Source: Callorhinchus milii (Eukaryota). From it: DNA of 64,000 nucleotides. The position numbers were made by a program, and so were the translations under genes. The stretch lies in the NCBI RefSeq assembly GCF_018977255.1, contig NW_024704742.1, positions 69,504,001 through 69,568,000 on the forward strand, given 5' to 3'. Below, piece after piece: positions 1-13,188 of this stretch. The stretch's first letter is position 1. The number at the start of each line of letters is the position of its first letter. The notes beneath the pieces are model-generated. The model worked only from the letters and a program-made list of their open reading frames with translations, was not told the DNA's origin and ran no database searches.

Positions 1-1020
1 CTGATATTAGGCTGACTGGCCTGTAGTTCCCGGGTTTATCCTTCTGTCCCTTCTGTACAGGGGAGTAACATTTGCAACCCTCCAGTCCTCTGGCAACACC
101 ACGGTGTCCAAGGAAGATTGAAAGATTGTGGCCAGAGCCTCCGCTATTTCCACCCTTCCCTCAGTAACCGAGGATGCATCCTGTCTGGACCGGGTGACTT
201 ATCTACCTTGAGCACCGTCAACCTTTTTAGTACCTCTCTATTTATTCTTATCTTATCCAATTGCTCTATCCTCTCCTATACTGTGGCATTGGCTGCATCC
301 TCTTTTTTTGTGAAGACAGATGCAAAGTACCCATTCAGTACGTCAACCATGCCCTCTGCCTCCACAAGAAGATTTCCTCTTTGGTCCTTAATTGGCCCCA
401 CCCTACCTTTGACTAACCTTTTATTCTTTATATGCTTATAAAATACCTTAGCCTTTTGTGTTACCAGCTAATCTTTTCTCAAACAATCTCTTTGCCCCTC
501 TTATTTTCTTTTTCACTTCTCTGTACTTTCTATTTCTATTTGATTATCTTCTGTATATAGGACCTGAAATTTATCATAAACCTTCTTATTCTGTTTTATT
601 TTAATCCCAATTTCCTTATTCATCCAGGGATGTTTGGATGCCCTATTTTTCCCCTTTGAGGGAATGTATTTGTTCTGTCCCCGAACTATCTCCTTCTTGA
701 AGGCTTCCCATCGCTCGTTAGCTGTTTTACCTGCCAATCTTTCTTTCCAGTCCACCATGGCTCGGTCCCTTTTTTAACTCACTGAAATTTGCCCACTTCC
801 AGTTGAGTATCTTCACCTTTGATTGTTACTTGTCCCTTTCCATAAGTACTCTAAACCTAATGATGTTGTGATCACTGTTGTCCAGATGCTCTCCTCCTGA
901 AACCTGCTCCACTTGCCCCACTTCATTCCTCCAAACTAGATCTAGCACTGCTTCCTTTGTCATTGGGCTGGAAACATACTGATCCAGAAAGTTATCCTGC
1001 ACAGATTTCAGGAATCCTCC
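1..1020 (-). mobile_element. CR1-clade LINE ORF2 fragment (end of endonuclease and linker), degenerate, runs off the window start
   Basis: Minus-strand ORFs 826..1110 (FLKSVQDNFLDQYVSSP..EAVLDLV..HLDNSDHNIIRF) and 513..758 (VDWKERLAGK..WEAFKKEI..PWMNKEI) show typical CR1 ORF2 motifs, broken by frameshifts. Confidence 0.85.
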
Positions 1021-1221
1021 CCCCACCTTTTCCTTCCTTATCCCTCCTGAATGCATTGGATATGTGTTTGCATCATGGAGAAGGTTGATCGGAGACTGAA
1101 CCAAGAACACAGTGTTCTTAGGCTTGGTACAATGACTGTATCACACCATTGTTTATGTAGCACAACTCAGGGCTGATCTCCACCTCTCTGTGAACTAGTC
1201 ATAGCTGTTCTGTGCTTTGTG

Positions 1222-1566
1222 CAGTTAACCCTTCAATCCAAAGCCTTAACGGGTAGCTGGACAAGCAGTGAGAAAGCTTCCCAGACAACGATATCAATGA
1301 CAAGCTATGTGGTTTTAGCTGGTTAGATTCCAGCACACTCTGGGGTCTCCAAGCCTTGGCTCTTGCTAAACTGTGCCTAATACTTTTCGGAATTGGGTAA
1401 TCAGGATGTGTCCCTCCAGGGAGAGAGTGCACATTCCATTCCAACAAATCTATCTCTGGGATTTCCGTGTGTAGGTCGGATGCATGGAATTCTCAGTTTG
1501 GCTTGGATACTCTTAAGCACGGTGATGGCTTTCCACATGTGTCAGACACCCAGCTGACCCCAAAAG
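1222..1566 (+). mobile_element. Unclassified ~550-bp SINE-like family ('family X', LF-SINE-like), 3' part
   Basis: Aligns by eye with 55140-55490, 58255-58485 and the reverse complements of 42236-42580 and 50968-51340 (shared AAGCAGTGRGAAAGCTT, CCAAGCCTTGGCTCTTG, GGATACTCTTAAGCA). Ends in CCCCAAAAG. Confidence 0.7.
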
Positions 1567-1731
1567 AATCTTTGCTCTGTGTAGAACCGACCAGTTTCAC
1601 GTGATTGGGCAAGTAAATCTTCATCATGTTGAAATGTCTCAAAGCACAGGTAATTGCCATCGAGTGTAGTGACTGTTGGTTTTAGCAGGCACATGCAGTA
1701 GTCAATGTGATGCAACTAGGTCCCATTGTGT

Positions 1732-2161
1732 GTTAGCCTGGCTCAGTGGTATCACTCATGCCTCAGAGTCAAAAGGTTGTGGGTTCAAGCCTCACATTTC
1801 AATTTGGAATCACATTTTAAGCAGAACTCCAATGCAGTGCTGGGCCATGTTACATTGTCGGAGATGCCGTCCTTTGATGAGTCGTTAAACTGAGGTTGTG
1901 TCTGCTTGTTCAGGTGAATGTTAAAGATCCCATGGCACTATTCAAAAAGAGAAGGGAGTTTCTCCCGGTGTCCTGGTTAACAATCCCTCAAATTTGGTCA
2001 CTCACTTCATGACTGTTTGTGGGACATTGCTGTGTACAACTGGCTGACGTGTTTCGTCCACAAAATACACAGTCACTACATTTTAGAGTATATCCTGTGA
2101 ATCACTTTGAGACATCTCAGTGATAAGGTAGTGTATGAAATACAAGAATTATTATTATTAT
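1732..2161 (+). mobile_element. tRNA-derived Deu-domain SINE (SacSINE1/AmnSINE1-like), near full length
   Basis: A box (TGGCTCAGTGG) and B box (GGGTTCAAGC), a Deu-like core (GATGAG..GTTAAACTGAGG..AAAGATCCCATGGCACTATT..CCCGGTGTCCTGG), an L2-like tail and an (ATT)n end. Confidence 0.8.
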
Positions 2162-2380
2162 CCTCCCTCGCACTCCTTTTCCTCCCCCTTCTTTCTTACT
2201 CCTTCCACCATTGCACTCTCGCTCCCCGCTTCCTTCATTGTTCCTTCCTCCCTCCCTTTCTCCTTTTTCTTTCCTCCCACCCTTGCATTCATCCTCCCTC
2301 CCTCCCCTCCCCGTCTCTCCTCCCTCCCCCACCTCCCTTCTCTTCTCAGCAGATTGATTTCTTTTCCTCCCTCTCTCCTA
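2160..2380. repeat. CT-rich low-complexity tract
   Basis: Nearly pure pyrimidine sequence on the + strand. Confidence 0.85.
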
Positions 2381-2699
2381 AGGTTGCAACACGTCCACAC
2401 TTCTGAAAAGCAAAGCTCCTGTGGTCTTCCATCAGATACGTCTCATTACTAATGGAGCAGTTTACAGTGAGTGACACCGGAGATAAAGAAAGGTTTATTA
2501 CTGTCAATAATCTGCAGGTTGATCCCGCTGCGCACACAGTGACACAGCCTGAACCTATACCCGGTGGGAGCGAAATAAATAGCCCTTCGTAGGAGGCCAG
2601 CTGTTTCTCTCTGATACAGTACAAACAGACAATTGTATCCTCTCCCCCACCCTCTCCAAAAAAAAAGCCAACCCTCACATCTCCTAGGATTTCACTTTT

Positions 2700-3095
2700 G
2701 GTCAGTCATGCTCTCGTCTCAGAGTCAAAAGGTTGTGGGTTTAAGCCTCACGTCAGGACTTGGAACTCAAGTACGCCAATGCAATGCCAGGGGTGTGCTG
2801 CATTGTGGAGGTGCCGGCCTTCGGAAGAAACATTAAACCAAGGTCTTGTCTGCCTGTCCAGGTGGATGTTACAAAAACAACAACAACAACAAAATTACAT
2901 TTATAGAGCGCCTTTCACTTCGGGAGGACGTCCCAAAGTGCTGAACAGTCAGGTGTCAGGGCCCGAGCATGGGGGTGGGGTGGTATAGGGGTGAGGGAAG
3001 GTGGAGAGGTGGGAGGGAGCCAAAGGCACAGTCGAAGAGAAAGATTTCATGGCACTGTTTGGAAAGAGAAGGGACTTTCTCTCCCAGAGTCCTCG
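2700..3095 (+). mobile_element. Deu-SINE interrupted at ~2870-3042 by an antisense L2 3' end
   Basis: The Deu core stops at GGTGGATGTTA and resumes at AAGATTTCATGGCACTG. Between them lie (AAC)n and the reverse complement of an L2 tail. Confidence 0.65.
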
Positions 3096-3244
3096 CCAAC
3101 AAATGGTCATTTGGACCTCGGTTTATCGTCTCATCCAAAGGCACCTCCAACAATGCAACAAACCCCCCCCACCCCCTCCAGCAAGCATTGGAGTGTTAGC
3201 GTAGACTGTGTGAGTTCCACATCCACACTGAGGTTTGAACCCTC

Positions 3245-3570
3245 AACAACAACAACAAATCTCATTTATATATTGCCTTTCACATCAGGAGGACATCCCC
3301 AGGCGCTGGACAGTCAAGGGTTTACACCCAAGCTGGAGTTTGGAGTCAAGAGGGGTGGGGGGCAAGGGTGGTGGGAAGATGACTAAAAGCGCAGTTGAAG
3401 AGGAAGATCTTGAGGTGGGCCTTGAAGGATGCAAGTGAGGGTGCAAGGCTGAGGGGCTCCGGAGTTCCAGAGGGTGAGGGCAGAAGGGCCGAAGGCCTGA
3501 CCGCCAATGGTGGGTTGGGCAGGGCGGGAGAACGTGGAGCAAGCCTGTGCCACCAAGTAGAAGGCACGAG
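3245..3570 (-). mobile_element. L2 LINE 3' fragment
   Basis: Translation includes PTIGGQAF..LWNS..SLASFKAHLKIFLFNCAF, followed by an L2 tail and (GTT)n. Confidence 0.75.
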
Positions 3571-3582
3571 CAGGTTGGTAAC

Positions 3583-4245
3583 CAGGGCTCCCTTTGCCTC
3601 TTTGTCCTCCTGGATCTCTCTGCCGTGTTCGACAAAGTCGACATGCCATCCTCCTCCACTGCCTCTTCTCCCTCATTCACATTAGTGGGACCGCACTCGC
3701 ATAGTTCGAGACATATTTAACCAACCACCTCCATTTCATCTCGCCAAATGGATTTTCCTCTGCTGCCCGCATACTTACCCAGTCCAAATTCGTACCCCCA
3801 TCTCACTGTTTCTGGCCAGGCTCCATTGGTTTCCTATCACTGAACAGATTAACTTCAAGATCCTCACACTCTTGTTCAAATTGTTTCATTCCCTGGCACC
3901 TTCCTACTTCTCTGACCTCCTCACTCCCAAATGCACCACCACCACCTGGCGCCTCCGCTCAACTGGCACCAGCCTCCTGCTTGTCCCTTGCACCCTTCGC
4001 TCCACCATTGGAGGTCACGCTTTCAGCCACTACACCCCGAAACTTTGGAACACTCTCCCTCAACCTTCCATCTTGAGCCCTCTCTCCCCTTTTTCAACTC
4101 CCGCTTTAAGACCTTCCTCATCAAACGTGCTTACGGTCAGCTCCCCCTAACCCTCCACCCAACTCGAAATCAGGATCCGTCATTATTAAGCAGTCTGAGA
4201 CACTGCCCTGCGAGGAGGGCGCTATATAAATGCAAGTTGTCGTTA
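3583..4245 (+). mobile_element. L2 LINE fragment(s) with internal deletion
   Basis: RT segment ([16 protein letters not shown]) followed by a C-terminal segment (LFHSLAPSYFSDLL..STIGGHAFSHYTPKLWNTLP) and the tail GGGCGCTATATAAATGCAAGTTGT. Confidence 0.75.
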
Positions 4246-5832
4246 AGGTTTTAAGGATCACAAAGATAGGGCGGAGAAAGACTGTGGAGGGCTTTAAAGG
4301 TGAGAAATAGGATAATCTTCTAACTCATAGACGACAGTGCTACCAACTGAGCCAGGCCTATAATAGAGAGAGAGATGATTTTGAATCCTACAATTTATGA
4401 AAAGTGGACATTCCATTCCTGACACAGACACAGGTAAATGTGTAGGTCGTGCATACATGTGAATGTTGGCCTACAAAACGCAGTCACTGCACATCGCAGT
4501 AAATCCTGTAGATCATTTTGAGACTGATGTGAAAATAATGTAGGGATTATTATATTGTTATTATATGTGGAACTCTCAGTCTGGTTTGGAGACTCTTAAG
4601 CAAGATTTAGGGTGCATCGAAGAGAGCAAGGCGGAGGGATTGAGGAAGAGTGTTCAAGAGTTTTGGGGCATAGCAGAGGTGGGTCAGATCTGGCTGACAA
4701 ATGACCAATAAATCATTGAGCGGTGGACATCTTCGCCGATGGTTGAATGGAGGGCAGAAGGGCCAAGACCAGAGCCAGTCAAGTCGAGGCGTCGGGTTGT
4801 GGGTTGGGGGTAAGCAGGTGAGAGAGGTAGGGGGGTGCCAGGGCATGAAGAGATTTGAAAACGTGTGAGGATCTTGAATTCGATCTATTCGGTGATAGGG
4901 AGACAGTGGAGCCTGGCTAGAACTTGTGTGATGGGGTACCGAGTTTAGAGCTGGTGAGTATGTGGGCGGCAGAGTTCTGCATCAACTGAATTTTTACTGT
5001 AAAGTGTAGTGACTGTGTACTTGTAGGTGAAAGCGTCCGGCAGCCGATTTGCGCGCAGTGACGTTCCGCAAACAGCTGTGAAGTGATTGATTAATTTTTA
5101 TTTGGTGGGGATTGAGCTGTTGACCAGGATACCAGGGAGAAACTCTTTTCTCTTTTCAAATAGAAAAACCTTAACCCACCCCCACCAAGGACAGGAAGGC
5201 AGACGTCTTGTCTTGAGCAACTTCAACAACAACAACAAATGATTTCTGTATAATGCCTTTCACATAGAGAGGATGTCCCAAGGAGCTGGACAGTCAGAGA
5301 TTTGAATCATACCCTTCCCCTGCAAGAGTGATTTATGATAGAGAGTGGAACAAATACAGCTCATTATCAGTGGAATATTTATTGGCCCGGTGACCTTCAG
5401 CAAGACTGTTTCTATTTAATGCTTAAGCCCCACAGGAAACGACCCAGTGCTCTGAAAGCCATAAAGCCAGTGGAAAGTCATCTTAAGTGCTCTTTTCTGC
5501 TGCTTTTATGTCCCTTCTAGTTTCGATGAACAGGTGCAAGTGTTAGTGTTACGTGCCCTGAGCCGCACACTCTGAGAGTTAACAATGGACAACAGTGAGG
5601 AAGGCACCGAGGCTTGAAATTCCACCTGGTCTTAAATTGAAACTTCACCTTGTCTTAGTCCCCACATCATTAGTAATAATAATTGCATTGATATAGCGCC
5701 TTATCACGTCGTTCAGACATCTTAAAGCGGTTCAAAGAATATACTGTCAAGTGGATTGACTGAATATTTTGTGGGTAAACAAATGCATACAGCAGTGTCT
5801 TACAAACAGTGGTGGATTGAGTGACCAAATTA

Positions 5833-7306
5833 CAACAACAAGATTTCATTTATAGCGCGCCTTTCACATCGGGAGGATGTCCCAAAGCGCTGGACAGTTG
5901 GGTCGGGACCCGAGCGGGGGGGGGGAAAATGGTCAGGGTGAGGGAAGGGAGGGAGCGAGGAGGGGGTAGAGAGTCGAGAGGGGAGCTGAAGGCACGGTCA
6001 AAGAGAAAGGTCTTGAGACCGGCCTTGAAGGAGGAAAGGGAGGAGGCGGCGAAGGCACTGGGGGATAGAGTTCCAGAGCCTCGGGGCTGAGAGGCTGAAG
6101 GCCCGGCCACCAATGGTAGGGCGGTTAGGGCGGGGGATGTGGAGCAGACAGGAGCCAGAGGAACGGAGGGTACGGGCTGGTAAGTAGGGGGATAGTAGGT
6201 CAGAGAGGTAGGAGGGAGCAAGGCTGTGAATGGCCTTGTAGGTGAGAATGAGGATCTTGAATTCGATCCTCTGGGGGATGGGGAGCCAGTGGAGGCGAGC
6301 GAGGGTGGGAGTGATGTGGTCCCGAAGCCTGGTGCGGGACAGTACACGAGCTGCAGAGTTCTGAATGACCTGCAGTGTGGAGGGAGGTGCCGGGAAGGCC
6401 GGCGAGGAGAGAGTTCCCATAGTCCAGCCTTGAGGTGATAAAGGCGTGGACCAGGGTTTCAGCAGCGTGAGGGGTGAGGTAGTGCCGTAGTCTGGCGATA
6501 TTCCGGAGGTGATGGAAGGCGGTGCCAGTTGTGGCGCGGATATGAGGAAGAAAGGACAGCTCAGGGTCGAACAGAACCCCGAGGTTCCTGACCGGCTTTG
6601 AGAGGTGGAGAGTGCAGCCTTGGATGCTGATGCTGTCAGCGCCTGAGGTGCGGAGGCGCTGACGTGAGCCAATCAGGAGGGCCTCAGTTTTGCGCACGTT
6701 GAGCTGAAGAAAGTTGTCTCTCGTCCAGGACTCGATGTCGGACAGGCAGTCTGTCAGGACATCGGGGGTCGTGGAGTTGAGGGTAGAGGAGGAAAGGTAG
6801 AGTTGGGTGTCATCCGTATACATGTGGAAGTTAGCCCCATGTCTGCGGATGATGTCACCACAGGGGGAGCATATAGAGGGTGAAGAGGAGGGGACCGAGG
6901 ACAGAGCTCTGAGGGACACCACACAAGACAGTGCGGGGGCCGGAGGAAAAGCCGTTTGAAACAAAACGAAGACGGTGGGAGAGGTACGACCTGAACCACT
7001 CAAGGAAAGGGCCTTGGAGGTTGAGGTGGGAGGACAAGCAGTGGAGGAGGATAGCGTGGTCGACCGTATCGAATACTGCCGATAGGTCGAGGAGGACGAG
7101 GAGGCAGAGGGAGCCCTGGTCGCAGATGGGAGGCGACAACTCTTTCAAGGACCTTGGACAGGAAGGGGAGGTTGGAGATGGGCCGGTAGCTTGATAGCTG
7201 CGACGCATCAAGGGAGGGTTTTTTCAAAGTGGGAGTGATGGTGGCAGTTTTTAGGGGAATGGGAATAGAGCCAGAGGAGAGGGACAGGTTGATGATGTCT
7301 GTGAGA
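5833..7306 (-). mobile_element. Young 5'-truncated L2 LINE (RT to 3' end), inserted into a tRNA-Ala SINE
   Basis: [83 protein letters not shown], then a (GTT)n tail. Flanked by AAATTA at 5827-5832 and 7307-7312. Host SINE halves lie at ~5675-5832 and ~7307-7520. Confidence 0.92.
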
Positions 7307-8446
7307 AAATTATTTACTTGTTTAAATTACTTTTTAAGGGGATTATTACCCCCGGAAAGTGATCCACCAGTCGACTAACAACCGGGTTCCTACTTGCTGC
7401 TAGGTAAATAAAGGTGTGTGGAGTAAGGAAAATTTACCTAAGGTTTCATCCCGCCCGGGAATTTAAGCCAGATCCTCTCACTTGGAGGCGAGTGCTCTAT
7501 CCAATATGTTACAGGGCTCTAAATTGGGACTCAGATTCGCAAATAATAATAATACTTGCATTTGATATAGCGCCTTATCACGTCTTTGAGATGTCTCAAT
7601 ATACTGTAAAGTGAATTGACTATATTTTAGGGTGAAAGGCGGCAGCCAATTACGCAGAGCAGTGACCCACAGACCATGCTGACACTCCAGTGCAGGACTG
7701 AGAGGTGAGCTGCATTGTCAGCGATGCCGTCCTTCAGAAGGGATAATAAACCAAGGACCCATCTGTGCCTGTTCAGGTGCAGGTTAAAGAGCCTGCAAAA
7801 AGCATAGGATGTTTCTACCTGCATCCCAGCGTGCAATCCTCCAGATACAATTCACATCTGTTTGAGGGATATTGTTGTATGGAAATTGGCTGCCGGTTTT
7901 CACCCACAAAACACACAATCAATCCACATTCTAGTATAACCTGTGAAATACTTTGAGGTGTCGAAGACATGTTAAGGCATTATATCAAATGCAAGGATTA
8001 TTTATAGTAAAATCCTGTGAAGTGCTTTCAGATGATACCCTATGTCAAATACAAAGATTATTATTATTATTAATAAGGATTATTATTTTATTATTAGGCA
8101 GCGAGTGCACAAATTATCTTTTCGCATTTGCAATTTGACCACAACGCAATGCAGTATTGTTGGATTGAATCTTGCTCTCTCTCTCATTATCATTAGTTCA
8201 ATTTCCATCACCTGGCGGATTAAATGCCAGGGGAACAGATGTGCTTTATTCATGGCCCACACGCTGGGCTGGGGCACACATTTCAAGTAAACCATTTATT
8301 ATTTAATGCAGATTTCCAGCACGAATAATAATCTAAAATATAATCTTTGCATTTGAAACAGTGTCTTTCACTGGGAGGATGTCTCAAAATGCTTCACATG
8401 ATTTTACTGTGAAGTGTAATGACTGGGTATTTTGTAGGCGACTGTG

Positions 8447-8818
8447 TGGAGGCCCCAAGCGTAGTGCTTAGAGTGGCTCGCCTTGCAAGCGAGAGGACCC
8501 GGGTTTGATTCCCAGGCGGGGCAAAACCTTCGACACGTTTCCACACGCCTCTGGTTATCTAGCTGTAAGTACGAACCCGGTTGTTAGTCGATTAGCAGAT
8601 TGCTTTCCAGGAGTAATAATCCCTCCCTCTAAAAAAAACAATAATTTGGTCATTCACTCCATGCCTGTTTGTGGGACACTACTGTGTGCAATTGGTTGCT
8701 GTGTTTCACCAACAAAATACACAGTCAATTCACTTTGCAATACTTTCTGTGAAGTGCTTTGAGACAGCTCACCAATGCAATAAGGTGCTATATCAAATGC
8801 AAGGATTATTATTATTTT
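8447..8818 (+). mobile_element. tRNA-Ala-derived SINE (family A), full length
   Basis: Head with anticodon arm CTCGC-CTTGCAA-GCGAG and B box GGGTTTGATTCC. Body AGTACGAACCCGGTTGTTAGTCGATT. L2-like tail ending AAATGCAAGGATTATTATT. Confidence 0.85.
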
Positions 8819-10671
8819 TATTTGTTGGTGAAAGTGGCAGCCGAATTGCAAAGAATGATACCCCACAGCAAATGAAGTGAGTGACTGATTTTATCTGAGA
8901 AGATTATCAGCCAGGACACCGGGTGGGAAAAACTCCCTTCCCTTTTTTGAATAGCACCGTGGGATCTTTGACATTTATCTGAATAGGACAGAGACGGGGA
9001 GCTCAGTTTAATGTCTCATCTGAAGCACGGTGCCTCCGACATTGCGACGCTCACCCTAGCACTGCGCTGCTGGTATTATATTGTAGCGTCAGCCTTGATT
9101 GAGCAAATTCAAAATCCTTGTCATGACACTGTGTGTAAAAAAAAACGTGAGTTGTTAATCTCAACTGGGATATGACGCTATATTGAAATAACTGAAAAGA
9201 AATTAATTATAAGAGGCAGTGAACGTCCCCGCCAACATCACCAATAATGCTAATTACACCCCGTCCCCTATAATTACAAACGCCACATCTTAATCCACCT
9301 GGATCTCATTTCCATAACACTAATTCCTGGAGGAGGCCTGGGATATCTAATTACATGCAGCATTGTTGTTTATGCTTTCAGCCAACGCACGGCTCCCTCC
9401 GCAGTCGTGAAGAGAATCGCTTGCTCTGTCAGTTCCGGGTCACCCTCTGCCTCTCGCCTGGATTTTCCTGGCTTCGTCCCGTCCTAAGGATGAGACGTTA
9501 AACCGTGGACTGATCTGTGCGCTGTAAAGGTAGATGCTAAAGATCCCACAGAGTTATTGAAAAAAGAGAAGTTACTCTCTTCCGGTGTCCTGGCCGACAA
9601 GCTCCCAAATAAAATTGGTCACTGTTTGTGGGACACCGCTGTGTGCAACTGGCTGCCATGTTTCCCCCACAAAATACACAGTCATTGCACTTTACAGTGG
9701 AGTATATCCTATGAAGCACTTTGAGTTGTCTCATTGATGTGATAACAACAACAACCACAAAATTACAATGTATAGCACCTTTCACGTTGGGAGGATGTTC
9801 CAAAGCGCTGAACAGTTAGGTGTCAGAGCCCGGCACCTCTTGTGTCCAAAAGTGCTTCACACAATTTACTATAAAGTGTGGTGCCTGTGCATTTCGACTC
9901 GGTGTCGTGCTCCACCACCGTCAGGCGTTCTGTGACATTACCCCGCATGAGGCGCGCAATATGAATGCAAGTTGTTATTGTTGAGTTTGGAATTGTTCTG
10001 TGTAAACTGGCTGCCTACAATTACACAGTCACTACACTTGACAGCAACAACCTTCATGCAGCGTTGCATCTTTGAAGTGTTTTGACTCAAAGATCATTAA
10101 TATAAGTCCTCTCTGCTTCCTGATGGACTAGTGCCTCTCTAAACAACAATCTGCACATTTTATTTGTGGTATATCAAGGACTAGTTATCTTGCCCGCATT
10201 TAAGCCAGGCTGTGGGCTGATACAGAGATGGAGACGCAATGGCAAACACGGGCTGAGGGCCTCTCTATGGGGCTTTGCAGTAATGTATGGAGGCTTTAAT
10301 GGCCAAAGGCACTTTATGGGCAGTGATCCATCCATCACAGATGGGCTCCGCTCTCCCCAATATGTAACCAGGGCAGGTCGAGTGTGCACAGATGGTTTTT
10401 AACTGTCTGCTGATTAAACAGGCTGCACTCCAGAGAGATGGGGTAGGATGAGGTTGGTGGGTTTTTGGCGAAGAACTTTGTTTATATCTAGCAGTAAGTA
10501 GGAACCTGAATATTGGTCGATTGACGGATTGCTTGTTGGGGTAGTAGTCCCTTAAAAAAAATAATAATTTGGTCACTCAATCCACGACTGTTTGTGGGAC
10601 ACTGTTGTGTGCAATTGGCTGCTGCGTTTTGCCCACAAAATATACAGTCACTGCACTGTACAGCATATACA

Positions 10672-11700
10672 ATACAATACTAAATTACATTTATATAGCA
10701 CCTTTCATATCAGGAGGATGTCCCAAGGTACTCGACAGTGAAGGATTTGGGGAGGCTGAAGGGAAAGGAGGGTAGGAGGGTGGCCAAAGACTCGATTGAA
10801 GAGGAGGATTTTGAAACGCATCTTGAAGGAGGGAAGGGAGGGAGTGAGGTAAAGGGAATGTGAGATGGAGTTCCATAGGGTTGAAGCAGAAAGCCTGGAG
10901 GCCCGACAACTGATGGTGGGGCAGGCTGAGCGTGTGACTTGGAGCAGGCCACAGCCTGCTGAGCGGAGGGTGCGATAGGTTGATATGGAGTCATCAGGTC
11001 GCAGAGATAGGAAGGAGCAAGGCCATGGAGGGCCTTGAAAGTGAGGATGAGGATTTTGAACTCTATCCTCTGGGGAATGGGGAGACAGTGTAGCCGGGCG
11101 AGGATGGGGGTGATGGGGTCATGGAACTTGGTGCGGAAGAGGACATGAGCTGCAGAGTTTTGGATGATCTGCAGCCTACGGAGCGAAGAGTTGGGAAGGC
11201 CGACAAACAGGGAGTTAGCGTAGTCAAGCCTCGATGTAATGAAAGCATGGATGAGAGATTTGGTGGCCTGCGGTGTGAGACAGTGGTGGAGCTGGGGGAT
11301 GTTGCGGAGGTGGGGGAAGCCAGACAGGTTATGGCATGGATGTAGGGTAGAAAGGATAATTGAGGGTCAAAAGATGCCAAGGTTCTGGACTAGCTTAGTA
11401 AGGTGTAGTGTGCACCCATGGATGGTGATGCTGTCAGCGCCTGAGATGTGAAAGTGTTGACGGGAGCCCATCAGGAGAGCCTCGGTCTTGTTGACCTTCA
11501 ACCAAAGAAAGTTCGCTCTCATCCAGGATTTGATGTCTGACCGACATTCTGTCAGGACAGCAGTGGTCCTGGAATCAAGGAGAGGTAGAGTTGGGTGTCA
11601 TTTGCATACATGTCTGCTGATGATGTCACCAAGACGGAGCGTATAGATATTGAAGAGGAGGGGACCAAAGACAGAGCCCTGAGGAACGCAGCATGAGACA
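10672..11700 (-). mobile_element. L2 LINE, older and degenerate
   Basis: Minus strand encodes CCVPQGSVFGPLLFNIY, FDPQLSFLPYIH and later C-terminal motifs. Tail near 10690-10735. Confidence 0.85.
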
Positions 11701-12808
11701 GTTTGACGAGATATTCCGTGAAGCGCTTTGAGATATCTCAACGATGTGATAAGGCACTGTGTCAAATGCATTCTTTGGGTGCAGGAGCTTGTCTGCACAG
11801 AGGGTAAACTCGTCTGAAAAGTGCAAATAGAAATGGGTCGTGGCAGTCTAATGGAAAGTCCCATTACAATTCTGCCCAGAATCAAACTGTGAAATTGCCT
11901 TAAAGTTAAAAATTTGTGTAAAATTCCGACTCGAATTGGAAGTCACAGTTTTACAGTTTGCTCAAGAAGCTGGACCAGAACAGGCCCAGGCTGGGAACTT
12001 GGTTCAAATTCTCCTGCACATCTCGGAGCACTGATCATTGGTGGAGTTTGGCGCTGAGTCAGACAATATGGGGAGGTGACTATGTGCACCGTTGAAGATG
12101 AAAATCTTCAAGTAAAATGGGAATAAGGATTGAGGCAGGGAGTTCCATAGGTTCGGGCCATAGAGACTGAAGGCACAGCCACTGATATTGAGCAGAGGGG
12201 TTGTGGATGCTCAGAAAGCCTATGGCAGGTTAGAGAAGTGGGAATGTGTGAGTTGGTTTAGAGAGATGGGAGGTGCCTGGTAATGGCGTGATTTGTATGT
12301 GAGTGTGAGGATAATGAACTCGATCCATTCTGAGGCAGGGAGCCAGTAAAGCCTGGGGAGATGGGGTAAGCAGTTTGGTACATGTTTGATGTTCTATCAT
12401 GCAGAGTGCATACTGTTTTATAACAACCAATGAGCTTGTTACACTCATTAAAGAGATGAAATGAACAGCTGCTATGACAGATACAGAGGGGAGACAGATC
12501 AGTGAGTGGAATTTCACCAGGCCACTAAGATTACATGAAATTTTCACACACATGTTATCTCTTGTGCTTCTGAGGGAATAAAAAAACTAATTCTCCACCA
12601 AGGGATTTTCTTCTCCCCAGTTCAAATATTTTCCCCGGATGTGCCCGTGGGAATCATTACACACTACCTTTTGTTCCGTGGGATGTTGATGATTTTTATG
12701 TTACATTTACGCAACATATAGTAAGGTTTCCTTCCCCCCAGCTCCTTTCCCTCTTTCTCCCCCAACTCACTCCCCTCACCACTCTCCTCGACCATTCACA
12801 CCCCAAGG

Positions 12809-13188
12809 AATAATAATAATAATCCTTGCATTTGATATTGTGCCTTATCACATCTTTGAGATGTCCCAAAGAGCTTCACAGAATGTATTGTAAAGTGAAT
12901 TGACTGTATATTTTGTGGGTAAAGAACAGCAGCCAATTGTGCACAGCAATTTCCCACAAATGGTCGTGGATTGAATGACCAATTTTTTAAATTATTTTCT
13001 TCTTTGAAGGGATTATTACCCTGAGAAAAGCAATCCGCAATCACCTAATAACCAGCTTCCTCCATACTGCTAGATAAACATAGACGTGTGGAATAAGGAA
13101 ACTTGCCTGAGGTTTTGCCTTGCTTGGGAATTGAACCTAAGTCCTCTCACTTGCGAGGTGAGTGCTCTAACCACTAAGCTACAGGACT
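12809..13188 (-). mobile_element. tRNA-Ala SINE (family A)
   Basis: Reverse complement of the head/body/tail layout seen at 8447-8818. Confidence 0.85.

Noticed and set aside
2360..2472. Acceptor after the CT tract plus GTGAGT as a coding exon
   Set aside because: The pyrimidine tract is a low-complexity repeat, the frames I translated hit stops, and no peptide is recognisable.
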